The notes beneath the pieces were generated by a model. The model did no database searches. It saw nothing but the letters and a program-made list of their open reading frames with translations, and was not told the DNA's origin. Position numbers and translations under genes: made by a program. Shown one piece after another: positions 20,912-30,507 of a stretch of DNA of 64,000 nt (positions are counted from its first letter, which is position 1; each line of letters starts with the position of its first letter). The DNA lies in IMG/VR virus record IMGVR_UViG_3300025121_000282, positions 250,887 to 314,886 of that record; one strand, given 5' to 3'.

Positions 20912-21112
20912 ATGCCACTGTACGAATACCGATGTACCAAGTGCGAACACGAATTTGAACAAACAAACAAAATGGATAGTCCGAACCCGCCATGTCCAAA
21001 ACAAAATGAGGGTACTCAGTGTGGTTGTGATACTGTAAAACTGGTATCTAAATCGAGCTTTTACTTGAAGGGTGGTGGGTGGTACAATGACGGTTATGGC
21101 AAGTCAAATTAA
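20912..21112 (+). CDS. FmdB-family zinc ribbon protein
   Basis: MPLYEYRCTKCEHEFE...CPK...C and SSFYLKGGGWY. Confidence 0.85.
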   Translation: MPLYEYRCTKCEHEFEQTNKMDSPNPPCPKQNEGTQCGCDTVKLVSKSSFYLKGGGWYNDGYGKSN

Positions 21113-21284
21113 ATTTCGCAAATGCAGGTTCACTGAGTGGACTAGGTCCATACTACCTTTGATGGAAGCTCGTCAGCTTCTAGCGGGTGAGTGGTATGTT
21201 TATAATTTTAAGTCCAGCGAGTGCCAGGGGGTTATCTCAGAAGATGCGGTTATAGACTACAAACCTATAAAAATAATACATTAA
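21096..21284 (+). CDS. Small hypothetical protein
   Basis: 62-aa ORF filling the gap between FmdB and RNase Z genes. Confidence 0.35.
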   Translation: MASQIKFRKCRFTEWTRSILPLMEARQLLAGEWYVYNFKSSECQGVISEDAVIDYKPIKIIH

Positions 21285-21311
21285 GCCCTAAAAACAAGTG
21301 TAGGAAAACAA

Positions 21312-22133
21312 GTGGCAGTTATAATAGCAGATGGGCTAGAGTTCGATGGGATAGCTGTAAGCGGGGTCGGGTCTGCTATTTCAATTACCAATGTTGGTAT
21401 TTGTTTAGACATCGGTACTGTCACCCCTGCTTCTCTAAAGTGCAATGTAGTACTAATAACCCATGGTCACATTGACCACATGTCAGGTCTCGTTTTGCAT
21501 GCCAACATTCGGGCCATGCAGGGCAATAAGACAACCACTTACGTAGTGCCACCGTGGCTCGAACCCCAGGTCCATAGCTTGTTCAGTATTTGGGCAAAAC
21601 TACAAGAAGAAAACAGCGGTCCAAATGTGACAGTTATCGCACTTGAAGCTGGTAAGTCGGTCACGTTAAATCGACACAAAATAACAGCGTTTGCTACAAA
21701 CCATAGAATTCCCAGTCAGGGTTACTTAATTTCTGAAGAAAGAAAGAAACTAAAGAAAGAGTTTGCTTATTTACCCGGAGACGAAATAGGCAGGATTAGC
21801 CGGTCCGGGGTTGAAGTTATAGACATCATAGAGCACAAGAGAATAGCTTATACAGGGGACACTAGGGCCAGCATATTTGACACTAATTCTGAAGCTGTAA
21901 ATGCCGATGTCCTGATCACTGAATCCACGTTCTTAGGGGACTTGACCAACGAGTTTGTAGAAGAGCGGGGACACACCCACGTGCGTCAAATAGCCGAAAG
22001 GTCCCATCTGTTTCACAACAAAGCAGTAATACTGGTACACTTTTCGGCTAGGTATGACAACAAAATGATTGCAGAAGAAGTTGCCAAACTGGCAAAAATC
22101 TTCCCAGTTCCACTGCACTTTTTGCCAGTTTAG
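21312..22133 (+). CDS. rnz: Ribonuclease Z (short-form tRNase Z, MBL fold, KLK/TM-type exosite)
   Basis: THGHIDH metal motif, RKKLKKEF exosite, AYTGDT, ITESTF, GHTH and VHFSARY motifs. Confidence 0.8.
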   Translation: MAVIIADGLEFDGIAVSGVGSAISITNVGICLDIGTVTPASLKCNVVLITHGHIDHMSGLVLHANIRAMQGNKTTTYVVPPWLEPQVHSLFSIWAKLQEENSGPNVTVIALEAGKSVTLNRHKITAFATNHRIPSQGYLISEERKKLKKEFAYLPGDEIGRISRSGVEVIDIIEHKRIAYTGDTRASIFDTNSEAVNADVLITESTFLGDLTNEFVEERGHTHVRQIAERSHLFHNKAVILVHFSARYDNKMIAEEVAKLAKIFPVPLHFLPV

Positions 22134-22264
22134 GCTTTGAAACCCAAGTTTTGTCATTATGTAACTGTCCATCTACTCCGTTACTTACACAATGGCGTGT
22201 TGTATGTCAATTGACTAATTGAGCCTATGTGTGAAAAGTAGCCTGACTACATAAGAGAGTAAAA

Positions 22265-22795
22265 ATGAGAACACTTACAATAGAGCAGATAAGAGATATT
22301 GCCATACGCGCCCACGGGACCCAAAAATACGGAGAAGACCCGTACTCAGTTCATCTGGACGCGGTAGTCTCTATGCTTGGCGAATTCGGCTTTGATTCAT
22401 TTGAAGATAAAGCCGTTGGACTGCTACACGACACCGTAGAGGACACTGATCTCACCTCAGAAAAACTAATTAGGATCGGAGTCCCTATTGTTGTGGTGGA
22501 TGGTGTTCTTTTTTGTACTGATGAGCCCGGGGTTAACCGCAAAACCAGAAAGCGCCTCACATATGCCAGAATTAAAAGTGTTATAGCTGCCTGCAGTGCA
22601 TACGATTCAGTGTCTACAACAATAGGGGTTAGAGTTAAGTTGGCTGACAGGCTTGTAAATATTAAAAAATGTATGAAAGACAATCCGAAGCTTTTAGAAA
22701 TGTACGTGTCTGAGCATCACGATTTTTGTAACACATACTACATGCCGGGTACAAACTACGCGATGTGGGAGCACTGCTCGAAGGTGTTTGACTAA
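22265..22795 (+). CDS. HD-domain small alarmone hydrolase-like protein (Mesh1/SpoT-HD family)
   Basis: AHGTQKYG..PYSVHL, LLHDTVEDT, VKLADRLVN motifs. Confidence 0.75.
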   Translation: MRTLTIEQIRDIAIRAHGTQKYGEDPYSVHLDAVVSMLGEFGFDSFEDKAVGLLHDTVEDTDLTSEKLIRIGVPIVVVDGVLFCTDEPGVNRKTRKRLTYARIKSVIAACSAYDSVSTTIGVRVKLADRLVNIKKCMKDNPKLLEMYVSEHHDFCNTYYMPGTNYAMWEHCSKVFD

Positions 22796-23205
22796 TCTTT
22801 TTGGGCTATACTAGGGAGTGAAGTAGGCGGGGCCACACTTTCTCCAAATCTTTGATTTTGTACGTGTGTTACAGCTTGGCTATAGTGTATTGGCACGTAC
22901 TTTCCATCGGAAGTTCTGGCTACATTTGTAGCTTTTTCCTTTGAAATTACGTTCATCATGTCTGAGCGTCTGTGCTCCACACTAATCCATCTTTTTTCGG
23001 CGTCAGCCCCGACTACCTTGTCTACATCCTGAAAATCGCTAGCTACAAACCCCGGTGCATTGAACTGAGCTTCAGGGGCAGATAGTGTCCTTCTGGCCTC
23101 CTTCTTACATTCAGTGCATTTCGTAGGGTCGTCTTTTTTGGAATTAGGCCGTAAAACTTCAAATTTTAAGTTACAATGTGCACACTTATACTCGTACAAC
23201 GGCAT
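22792..23205 (-). CDS. FmdB-family zinc ribbon protein with C-terminal extension
   Basis: MPLYEYKCAHCNLKFE...CTEC. Confidence 0.75.
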   Translation of the reverse strand: MPLYEYKCAHCNLKFEVLRPNSKKDDPTKCTECKKEARRTLSAPEAQFNAPGFVASDFQDVDKVVGADAEKRWISVEHRRSDMMNVISKEKATNVARTSDGKYVPIHYSQAVTHVQNQRFGESVAPPTSLPSIAQKD

Positions 23206-23213
23206 GGGCCACC

Positions 23214-24419
23214 TTAAATCATTGGCTGATGTGAATTTCGATTACTACTCGGTATGGATGGGTCATTGGTGAAGAACAACCCCAAAGACTTCATCAATTT
23301 CAATGTTGATTTTACAGTTATTGAGTCCAGGTTAGACATCTGTGCCAGTTCCTCAGCGATGGTGTCGTCATAGTCTCTAACTACCCGTACCAACTGAGGC
23401 AGCGGAAATGACATGTGATAGTCAGACAGCATGGTGAGACTTATAGAACCTATGATGTAAGTGTCCTCTCCACTCTCGTCGTAGGCTTCTTCAGCTTCTC
23501 CACTGAAATCCATCTCTGTTATTTCTATGCCCTCGTAACTCAATTGGTTTCTCGATGGGCCCCACAACAAAACCCCTAGATAGTCTATCAACTCTTCAAA
23601 CTGGATACTGTCTCTGGTAATAATATCAATACTCATGTTCATGTTCCATTGACCGCCATAATTCAAACTGGTAGCGACTCTGCCTTCTGTTATCACTATG
23701 GCGTGCTGATCCCCGTTTTGTACCCTGTTCCCGAAGGCTATAAACACTCCAGGCAGTGCAGTAGTATTTGACGTGTTTTCTTGCCATGAGAATGGCCCCA
23801 TCGCATTACCCAAGTGCACATACTCAGCCCAAATATAATCTCCCGGGGAGAAATCTCTAAGAATGGAAATCTCTCCAGTGTCATAGTCCACAGAGTACTC
23901 TGACTCTATTAGTTGGATGTTGTCATTTTGTATTATTCTTAGCGACCCCTGTAACGGTACGTGAGCCAGAGTTATGGCATTTTCGTTGCCCGTAACAAAT
24001 TTTATAAGTGGTTCTCTGTTCTCGTAGTACCAGGGGGTAATTGTAAAAGTGCCCTGTTTTTCTATATGTGACCCGCTGATGTCTAAAATGTACACACCCG
24101 GGTTTGTGGGGAAATGACCACCATTGCGGTCTATGGCGTAAAGGTCGTCCTTAATCCATTCCACGGAAGTTCCGGGCTTGTCTGGCATCTTAGAGAGCAT
24201 GGAGTAGGAAAGTACAGTACCCAAGAAATTATCTGAAGACAGTTTCAATGGGCTTGCAGAGTTGTTGGACACCACTACAGCCATTTGAGGTCGGTCTTCA
24301 AAAGCCCACTTGCCCTGAACGAACGGCACCATTTTAACAAACTTGGGGTGGTCTAGTAGGTGCCGTTTTATCTCTCTTATCAGGCGCTCTTTTACTGATG
24401 ATAGCAGCTTATAATACAT
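23214..24419 (-). CDS. Tail terminator/neck-like structural protein
   Basis: Position in neck cluster; YSVDYDTGEI Ig-like insertion; terminator-like alpha/beta ends. Confidence 0.5.
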   Translation of the reverse strand: MYYKLLSSVKERLIREIKRHLLDHPKFVKMVPFVQGKWAFEDRPQMAVVVSNNSASPLKLSSDNFLGTVLSYSMLSKMPDKPGTSVEWIKDDLYAIDRNGGHFPTNPGVYILDISGSHIEKQGTFTITPWYYENREPLIKFVTGNENAITLAHVPLQGSLRIIQNDNIQLIESEYSVDYDTGEISILRDFSPGDYIWAEYVHLGNAMGPFSWQENTSNTTALPGVFIAFGNRVQNGDQHAIVITEGRVATSLNYGGQWNMNMSIDIITRDSIQFEELIDYLGVLLWGPSRNQLSYEGIEITEMDFSGEAEEAYDESGEDTYIIGSISLTMLSDYHMSFPLPQLVRVVRDYDDTIAEELAQMSNLDSITVKSTLKLMKSLGLFFTNDPSIPSSNRNSHQPMI

Positions 24420-24428
24420 GGGGCATCC

Positions 24429-25118
24429 TTACTTAGGGTCTAAAATCCGGTCTACAACTGCCTTTTTTGACATACCGCGTTTTGTTGCTATGCCTCTTGC
24501 AGCAGCTATTTTCATTAGTGTGTCCAACTTCATTCCCTCGTTGGGGACCACAGTTAGCAAGTCATAAGCAACCCCATCCGGTTCCTCAGAGAGGTCTACC
24601 GTGGAAGGGTTTTCCTCCAGGGTCTCCAGGGTCTCCAGGGTCGTTTCGACTGGTGTTTCCACAGCCTCCATAGTAACAGGTGCTACTACTATTGTCTCCA
24701 CTATTTCAGGGACAGTGGGAACCTCGGATGCTACTGCTGCCACTACCTCGGGGACAATAGGGACCTCGGGGACAACAGGACTGATTGCTTCCAATTTCTC
24801 AGGAAGTGCAACTGGGGTTTCACACGCCTGAGCACGGACAGGAGCGCTGTATACTCTAGAGTTCTTCACTTCCAGAATCCATGCACCACCACTTTGCTTT
24901 AGTTTCTTTTCCATGTCATTTAACTCCGACAGCAGTCTATGCAATTGTTTAACCAAAAAGTTGCTAGTACTTTTGGAAGGTACCAACGACTTTACACGAG
25001 TCAGGTGCAAAATCTCAATAGGTATACTTTCTAAATTAAAGTATAACTTCCTACCGGCCTTAAATTGTATATCATTGTATTTAAGTGGCCGAGTAGACCG
25101 TAGGCACACAGCTAGCAT
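24429..25118 (-). CDS. Hypothetical protein with Pro/Glu/Val-rich linker and C-terminal helix-extension-helix (Rho-N-like) motif
   Basis: VPEV/TLE micro-repeats; MKLDTLMKIAAARGI...MSKKAVVDRIL. Confidence 0.55.
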   Translation of the reverse strand: MLAVCLRSTRPLKYNDIQFKAGRKLYFNLESIPIEILHLTRVKSLVPSKSTSNFLVKQLHRLLSELNDMEKKLKQSGGAWILEVKNSRVYSAPVRAQACETPVALPEKLEAISPVVPEVPIVPEVVAAVASEVPTVPEIVETIVVAPVTMEAVETPVETTLETLETLEENPSTVDLSEEPDGVAYDLLTVVPNEGMKLDTLMKIAAARGIATKRGMSKKAVVDRILDPK

Positions 25119-25131
25119 AATATTTTCAGAG

Positions 25132-25788
25132 TCATAAAAGGTCCATAATGGATTTCTTAATTGTTTTAGTTATAGTCACTCTTGCTTTCTCTTGTAAGTG
25201 TTTTTTGAATTCATGGACACCAGCCTTAATACTGCGTTGAATGAAATTATTTTTGTTTTCTATTTTTTGTGGTGTCCACTGCTTTTTTTCATTCTTAGGT
25301 ATGGAGTATACTACAGTATTTCCGTCTATTTTAACAGGCAGACTAGATTTATCAATACCTTGCTTGCTCGTGGTGCTGTTGGTTGCATTGAGTTTCTGTG
25401 CATTGAGTGCGGCCAACAGTGCAACCGGTGTCTTGCCAAATGTAGCATTGGGGCTTATACCTTTAATAATACTTTGTATTGACCTAGCTGTTCTAATGGT
25501 TACATTTGAATTTGGCAATTGGAATGTAACATCCCCCCTGTGCACTGCGTACTTAATCCCCTGTATGTTCAACTTGACACGGTTAGCTTGGTCCCCTGCT
25601 TCACGAGCGGCTTCGTGTGTGCACACTATAGAGACTTTATCACCCAACATCTGGACTTTAAAAGACCTAGTAAAATTACCAGTAGGGGCCTTTAAGTTTT
25701 GGGGCCTAATTGACTTTCTTACACCGGATATGAAACCCTGGGCAGACTTAAGTAAATCTGATTGTGATAGTTTAATTAATTCGTTCAA
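25132..25788 (-). CDS. Basic neck/tail-completion-like protein
   Basis: TTGA overlap with upstream stop; TGNFTRSF and NFIQRSI segments reminiscent of tail-completion proteins; synteny. Confidence 0.45.
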   Translation of the reverse strand: MNELIKLSQSDLLKSAQGFISGVRKSIRPQNLKAPTGNFTRSFKVQMLGDKVSIVCTHEAAREAGDQANRVKLNIQGIKYAVHRGDVTFQLPNSNVTIRTARSIQSIIKGISPNATFGKTPVALLAALNAQKLNATNSTTSKQGIDKSSLPVKIDGNTVVYSIPKNEKKQWTPQKIENKNNFIQRSIKAGVHEFKKHLQEKARVTITKTIKKSIMDLL

Positions 25789-27071
25789 TTTTGTTTACCA
25801 AATGTGGGAGTTCGCCCTCTTCTCTGCACATTAGGGTCCACCCCAGGGTTGTCGGTTATCATTGGCATTACTTCCCGTGTTTCTGGGTACCTGTCCACAG
25901 TATCAGAAACACTCGCCCTGTATCTAATGTCAGATTCTGGTATTACTGACAAAGAGAACTGTTGCTGAAGAATCATCCCTCTTGCAGAAGGTAATGTTAT
26001 GCCCCCCACGGTGTACCTATCCCCATTTTGTCTAACAATAAAGTCTCTTTGGGATAGTAGCGGTGATGGGCCCATGAACACTTCATACTGATGAGTGGTT
26101 ACCAAGCCCCTTGGGTCACGCGTTACAGTTTTCGCCCCATCTGACGGAGCAATTATGATGTTGTACGGGCCGTCATACCCACCTACCCAACCAGTTCCGA
26201 GGCATGTCTGGCAATCGTTCTCGGCTTGTTTGTGACTAGGATTCCAACACAGGCACCTAGTGCCATAAAATTTTCTTAAAAATACTTTTACTCTTTCTCC
26301 GCCTTGGTCTAAGATCCATGCATTTCGCTTTACTGCTTCTGACCAAATCCAATCGGTTTCTTCAATTCTGTCTACTGTTAGTACATTACAGTCTTCAAGT
26401 CTAGACTCCACTGTCTCATTAGAATCAAATGGGTCTACAGCAACCGTAGTTACTTTGTAGGTGGTTCTACGAGTAGAAGTAGAAGTAGGTAGAACGGATC
26501 GGGTATAACTATATGACAACGTACACGTGTCTACACCGATACTTGGTAGTATTGGTTCCACAAACTTACCCGTTTTTATGTTGTGAGACCGTCTTGTGTT
26601 CAATTCTATGTCGCCAGTATAACCAGTAACCCTAGCCACCTTTAGTGGCGTTCCGTTTATTTTAAATATAACATCGTTAGGAGAGTCTGCCAGCGCCCCA
26701 TTTGTACTAGGTTTTGTTATTGGCGTGTGTGCTGGCACCAGTATGCACTCGTGGTGCATACTCCAACTGGTCTTAAACCTGTTAGACACATTTTCGTCTA
26801 CAACGGATACGTCTATTGTTTGGTCCCTATAAAACAGGGCGCCAATTGGGTCGTCATTTAGTTTATAGTACTCTCCAGCATCAGACCTGTATATATTTAC
26901 ACCCAGGATAGTGAATTTGGAGTTAGCCGTAAACGTAGACGGGTCGTCCCACCTTAGGTCCACCATACCTTTTTGGTACGGTGGTAAGACCATAGCATTT
27001 ATAGGGGGTATGGGTAAGGATGGTCTTTGTATTTCAAATGGAGACGGTTTTCTATCTGGTGTTGAAGCCAT
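25785..27071 (-). CDS. Head-closure/neck protein with N-terminal Fn3-like and CxC...CxxC Zn motif
   Basis: DLRWDDP..GVNIYRS Fn3-like; RCLCW...CQTCLGTGWVGGY; start reassigned to ATG 27071. Confidence 0.55.
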   Translation of the reverse strand: MASTPDRKPSPFEIQRPSLPIPPINAMVLPPYQKGMVDLRWDDPSTFTANSKFTILGVNIYRSDAGEYYKLNDDPIGALFYRDQTIDVSVVDENVSNRFKTSWSMHHECILVPAHTPITKPSTNGALADSPNDVIFKINGTPLKVARVTGYTGDIELNTRRSHNIKTGKFVEPILPSIGVDTCTLSYSYTRSVLPTSTSTRRTTYKVTTVAVDPFDSNETVESRLEDCNVLTVDRIEETDWIWSEAVKRNAWILDQGGERVKVFLRKFYGTRCLCWNPSHKQAENDCQTCLGTGWVGGYDGPYNIIIAPSDGAKTVTRDPRGLVTTHQYEVFMGPSPLLSQRDFIVRQNGDRYTVGGITLPSARGMILQQQFSLSVIPESDIRYRASVSDTVDRYPETREVMPMITDNPGVDPNVQRRGRTPTFGKQN

Positions 27072-27101
27072 ACTCACACTAAAACACAAAAATCCTAGTC
27101 A

Positions 27102-28196
27102 TTGACAATAGCACAGACACCACGAAGTACCATTGTGGAACATAACCAAGAAATCTGTCTGGTAGTCGGTGGGCCGCAGAAGCGATGGCAATGGATTGTC
27201 GAGTATCTCTCCAAAAACACCGGTACTAAAATCAGAGTGTGTGAACAAGGCCGCTTTTCTTTTGGTCGTAAGATCATCAACTCTTATGTACTGGTATTAA
27301 AAGATTTAATCGACCATAGATTCAAAAACGAGATTATTAAGTGCACTGGAACCGGATGTACACTTGTGTACTCAGACAGAACAAGACCGGGATTAATCAA
27401 GGCTTTTGAGATTATGGGTATAAGTAGCCTAGGACTTACTAGTACACACTCTAAAGAGGACAAGGTGGACAAGGTGGACAACATTGTGTTTGGTACTGAC
27501 ATAAATGAGTTGGTGCACGCCATCGCCAGTGGTACGAGTTGGTCACGATTGCACACCAAGCTGGTGCTGGAGTCGAAAGTAAATGTGGAACAAACTCCAT
27601 TTGTTGAACAAGTCACCAAGTGCGCCAAAGCAAACTGTCTAAGTATACCCAAAAACCCGCCCAACAGGTCACAGCCAAAAACGAAGATTGACCCAGAATT
27701 CTACCCAAACCTAGTACCGGAGGTATTACGGATTAAGGCTACCAACTCATGGATAGACACATTTCGCATTTTATACAATTCTGGCGTGCTACACCCCGAA
27801 TCCACACTGTCTGGATTTACACAGGGGATCAGAGCCGCCATTGCTAAAACTCCGGGTACTACTGTTGAGACTACTAGTGCCACTGAGACTGTTGTTCCAG
27901 ACAGACAGTACTCTGCCGTCGAGTACGACGAAGTCTTCAGTAAGTGGCACGAGGGGGAAGAGGCCCTCAAAGCTGCAAAAACTGAATTGGAAGAGAAATC
28001 AGCAGAGTTGCGCACACTGGAGGGCAAATTTGCTGCAGTTTCCATAAACCTTCAGATGATGACTAATAGGCTGAATGTCGCACCCACAGGCACTAAGCAC
28101 GACCCGATCTTTTTGAAAATGTTGGTCGCTTTGGAATCGTCTTGCACAGAGAGAGGCCCATTCCATGCTCTGTGCAAGACGATCTTGGAAGATTAG
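27102..28196 (+). CDS. Hypothetical protein, possible N-terminal DUF2325-like domain and C-terminal coiled coil
   Basis: LVVGG...VLVLKDLIDH resembles DUF2325; start codon uncertain. Confidence 0.5.
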   Translation: MTIAQTPRSTIVEHNQEICLVVGGPQKRWQWIVEYLSKNTGTKIRVCEQGRFSFGRKIINSYVLVLKDLIDHRFKNEIIKCTGTGCTLVYSDRTRPGLIKAFEIMGISSLGLTSTHSKEDKVDKVDNIVFGTDINELVHAIASGTSWSRLHTKLVLESKVNVEQTPFVEQVTKCAKANCLSIPKNPPNRSQPKTKIDPEFYPNLVPEVLRIKATNSWIDTFRILYNSGVLHPESTLSGFTQGIRAAIAKTPGTTVETTSATETVVPDRQYSAVEYDEVFSKWHEGEEALKAAKTELEEKSAELRTLEGKFAAVSINLQMMTNRLNVAPTGTKHDPIFLKMLVALESSCTERGPFHALCKTILED

Positions 28197-28942
28197 CCCT
28201 GCCATCCAGGAGGCGCGGGTACTGAGGCCGTACTATTTGGAAACGCCTTGGGGAGGGCCCGAACCTCTATAATCGGTACACCCCACGCCTTAAGTCTAGC
28301 ACGCACTCCGTAGTACAAAGAGAATACTTTGCATGGCATTGAGGTTGCCCTTTCGAAGTCTGTCTCCATTGTAACAAACTCCTTTTTGGCCCCGTATGCC
28401 GTACTAACTACAGGCGCTTTTTCCGTTGCTTCGATTGTGGTGCTATCAAATGTTGCACAACACTGAACAGTACCACCAATCGTTGTTTCCTGGTTATAAC
28501 CTCTTGTGTGTTCAGAAAACGCATTAGGCCCAGAAGACAGTGTCATGTTTGTTATGAACACGTTGGGCTTGACTTTTTCTTCAAAGATGGCAACCCCAAT
28601 AACTCCATTATTAGACGTGCCCATACCGCTTTGGTTGGTAAAGCTTTCTTCTTCAGAAGAAAATGTGAATGCAGCCACTTCCTGGTTGGTTCTAAGAAAC
28701 CCAGGTATGTCAATGGTCTGCCAGGGCCCAACCACATAACCAAGGCCATCGGGTGAAGCTTCTTTTCCATTCACTACGTTCACACCATCGACAGAGACAA
28801 CTACAAGTCTTCTTTTATTGACTTGGTTGCTAATTCTGATCTTATACTCTCCAGATAAAGGAACTTCAGAATAAAGGTTTTTGTTATGCACGATGACAGG
28901 TAGTTCTTTGCCATCTAAATTGATGCTTATTTTCAAGTCCAT
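28193..28942 (-). CDS. Conserved hypothetical beta-rich protein
   Basis: EYKIRISN..RRLVVVSVDGVNVVNG...GYVV...IPGF...AAFTF...GVIGVAIFEE; GAGGAG SD. Confidence 0.7.
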   Translation of the reverse strand: MDLKISINLDGKELPVIVHNKNLYSEVPLSGEYKIRISNQVNKRRLVVVSVDGVNVVNGKEASPDGLGYVVGPWQTIDIPGFLRTNQEVAAFTFSSEEESFTNQSGMGTSNNGVIGVAIFEEKVKPNVFITNMTLSSGPNAFSEHTRGYNQETTIGGTVQCCATFDSTTIEATEKAPVVSTAYGAKKEFVTMETDFERATSMPCKVFSLYYGVRARLKAWGVPIIEVRALPKAFPNSTASVPAPPGWQG

Positions 28943-28952
28943 CGTAGACTCC

Positions 28953-29150
28953 TCATTTAGCCCAAAGGGCTGGGTTGTACTGTGTACCCCAGAGCGAGGA
29001 CTCAGTAAGTGTAGTTGTCAAATTACGCACACGGATTACGTGTATCCAATTTGACACCAGTGTTGTGGGTTGCTGGTTGGTCTCACGTGCGTGGGTTACC
29101 AACCAATCAAGGTCTTCTTGTTCTATTCTTATTGAGAATATTTTCTTCAT
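28953..29150 (-). CDS. Ribbon-helix-helix (CopG/Arc-like) regulator, 65 aa
   Basis: MKKIFSIRIEQEDLDWLVTHARETNQQPTTLV: alternating beta strand followed by two helices; operator-like inverted repeat directly upstream. Confidence 0.6.
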   Translation of the reverse strand: MKKIFSIRIEQEDLDWLVTHARETNQQPTTLVSNWIHVIRVRNLTTTLTESSLWGTQYNPALWAK

Positions 29151-29189
29151 GGCGTAATACACTATACAACAACGTATTACGCCACACAA
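29150..29189 (-). promoter_or_regulatory. Sigma70-type promoter (TTGTGT-17-TATAGT) with 11-bp inverted-repeat operator flanking the -10 box
   Basis: TGGCGTAATAC (29150-29160) / GTATTACGCCA (29174-29184); -10 at 29166-29161, -35 at 29189-29184. Confidence 0.65.
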
Positions 29190-29192
29190 GTA

Positions 29193-30185
29193 CTACAGTA
29201 TGTTTGCAGCCACGAGTTTTTGCAGTGTTTGTAAACTAACATTTTTGGCAAATACGTACGTATTAGACTTAGAGTTTTTAAATTTCACATAACTATTTGG
29301 GTTCTGTCTAATTTTCTCGAAGTTACCTGTTATTTTTCCATTCTCGTCTAAATGCACCCTGGAGTCTACGCCACTATTTGGGAACATAAATCCACCCAAT
29401 GGTACTTTGGTCCACTGGATTTTGTTTAACTGGTCTTCACTTAGGTTCTTAAGGTATATCTCTGTATCTCCACGTGCGTGTTGTACCCCATCTAGCACCA
29501 GACTGATTTCTTTGTTGGGGTCCTCCGTGACTATAGAGGACATTTTTCTTATAAAAGAACTTATTTTGCGAATCAAACTCCCGATGTGAATTCTGGACGA
29601 AGCACTTTCTAAGTCCTCAATGCTTAAATCGCTGGGGACTATAAGTGCTTGGTCTCTATGGTTGAACACTCTAAACTTAGATGAGTTTTTACTTATGGTG
29701 TCCATAACATGCAAAAATTTACTATTTGGACGGTCTGTTTTCCAGTCTGAAGAGCTTATCAAGTAAAATGTGTGTTTGGTATGGTCCAGCAGTTTCAGCA
29801 CAGAGTCTATATTGTTGCTGTGTGTTTCGAGGTGCTCACTGAGTTTGACCTTAATTTCCTTATCTACAGGAAGTAAACTGTCTAAAGTTGCTATGTATGC
29901 AAGTACTTTTTGTCGTTGATTTTTGATCGCCTCGACCACTTCTGGCACATTTGCATACTCAACACCACCATACCGCCATCCGGATGGCTTGAAATGGGCG
30001 TTTGAGGGTGCCAGGACGACAGGTTTGCCATAAGCTATAGTCAGGTAAATCCCCCTAGTCTGCAACTGCAGGGGAGGCACTTCTAAATCGTTTTTGCCAC
30101 ATTCTTTTTGAAATGCATCAATTTCGTTGCTGAAATCGGTAGATTTAGAAACAATAAGCCTAAGTTTAGTACTCAATGTCATCAT
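29193..30185 (-). CDS. Hypothetical protein (probable virion internal protein)
   Basis: Long ORF; start reassigned to MMTLSTKLR (30185), sharing the LSxxLR N-terminal motif of 51444 and 52088. Confidence 0.55.
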   Translation of the reverse strand: MMTLSTKLRLIVSKSTDFSNEIDAFQKECGKNDLEVPPLQLQTRGIYLTIAYGKPVVLAPSNAHFKPSGWRYGGVEYANVPEVVEAIKNQRQKVLAYIATLDSLLPVDKEIKVKLSEHLETHSNNIDSVLKLLDHTKHTFYLISSSDWKTDRPNSKFLHVMDTISKNSSKFRVFNHRDQALIVPSDLSIEDLESASSRIHIGSLIRKISSFIRKMSSIVTEDPNKEISLVLDGVQHARGDTEIYLKNLSEDQLNKIQWTKVPLGGFMFPNSGVDSRVHLDENGKITGNFEKIRQNPNSYVKFKNSKSNTYVFAKNVSLQTLQKLVAANIL

Positions 30186-30243
30186 ACAGAAAGGTGTCCT
30201 TCCATCTTTAACATTCGTCAACATTAAAGATGGACCGGTTATG

Positions 30244-30507
30244 TCACAACAATTTAAGTGACTCCATGGGCTGGTCTGTGGCAAAGGCAGTCAATTGATT
30301 GTTTAAGTCAGGTTCGTGCCACAGAACACACTTACCATTGGCGGGGACTGCCGAGATCAAATCTTGTTCTTTCGGCACACCATACACTATCACTGTACCC
30401 AGGTGCGGCCCATGGTTTAGTGCCCAGTGGTCCATAGCATGAAGAAGTTGTGCTGCTCTTTTACCCTCTGACAGGTCTTTTCTTGTCACAAAGTATAGTC
30501 TACTCAT
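30244..30507 (-). CDS. Peptidyl-tRNA hydrolase Pth2/PTRHD1-like protein (87 aa)
   Basis: LYFVTRKDLSEGKRAAQLLHA and EPDLNNQLTAFA motifs; ATG 30507 overlaps upstream TGA (ATGA coupling). Confidence 0.7.
   Translation of the reverse strand: MSRLYFVTRKDLSEGKRAAQLLHAMDHWALNHGPHLGTVIVYGVPKEQDLISAVPANGKCVLWHEPDLNNQLTAFATDQPMESLKLL

Noticed and set aside
22265-22795. DatZ dATPase of the Z pathway
   Set aside because: Motif layout (AH..Q, PY..H, HD.VED, KLADR..N) is of the SpoT/Mesh1 class rather than YfbR-like HD nucleotidases
24601-24790. Short internal repeats (TLE x3, VPEV) as a regulatory element
   Set aside because: In-frame low-complexity linker expansions only
28953-30284. Amber-readthrough fusion of the 29193 gene into the RHH gene (in frame)
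   Set aside because: The intervening DNA is better explained as a promoter/operator and would encode an implausible Cys-rich linker; likely coincidental frame
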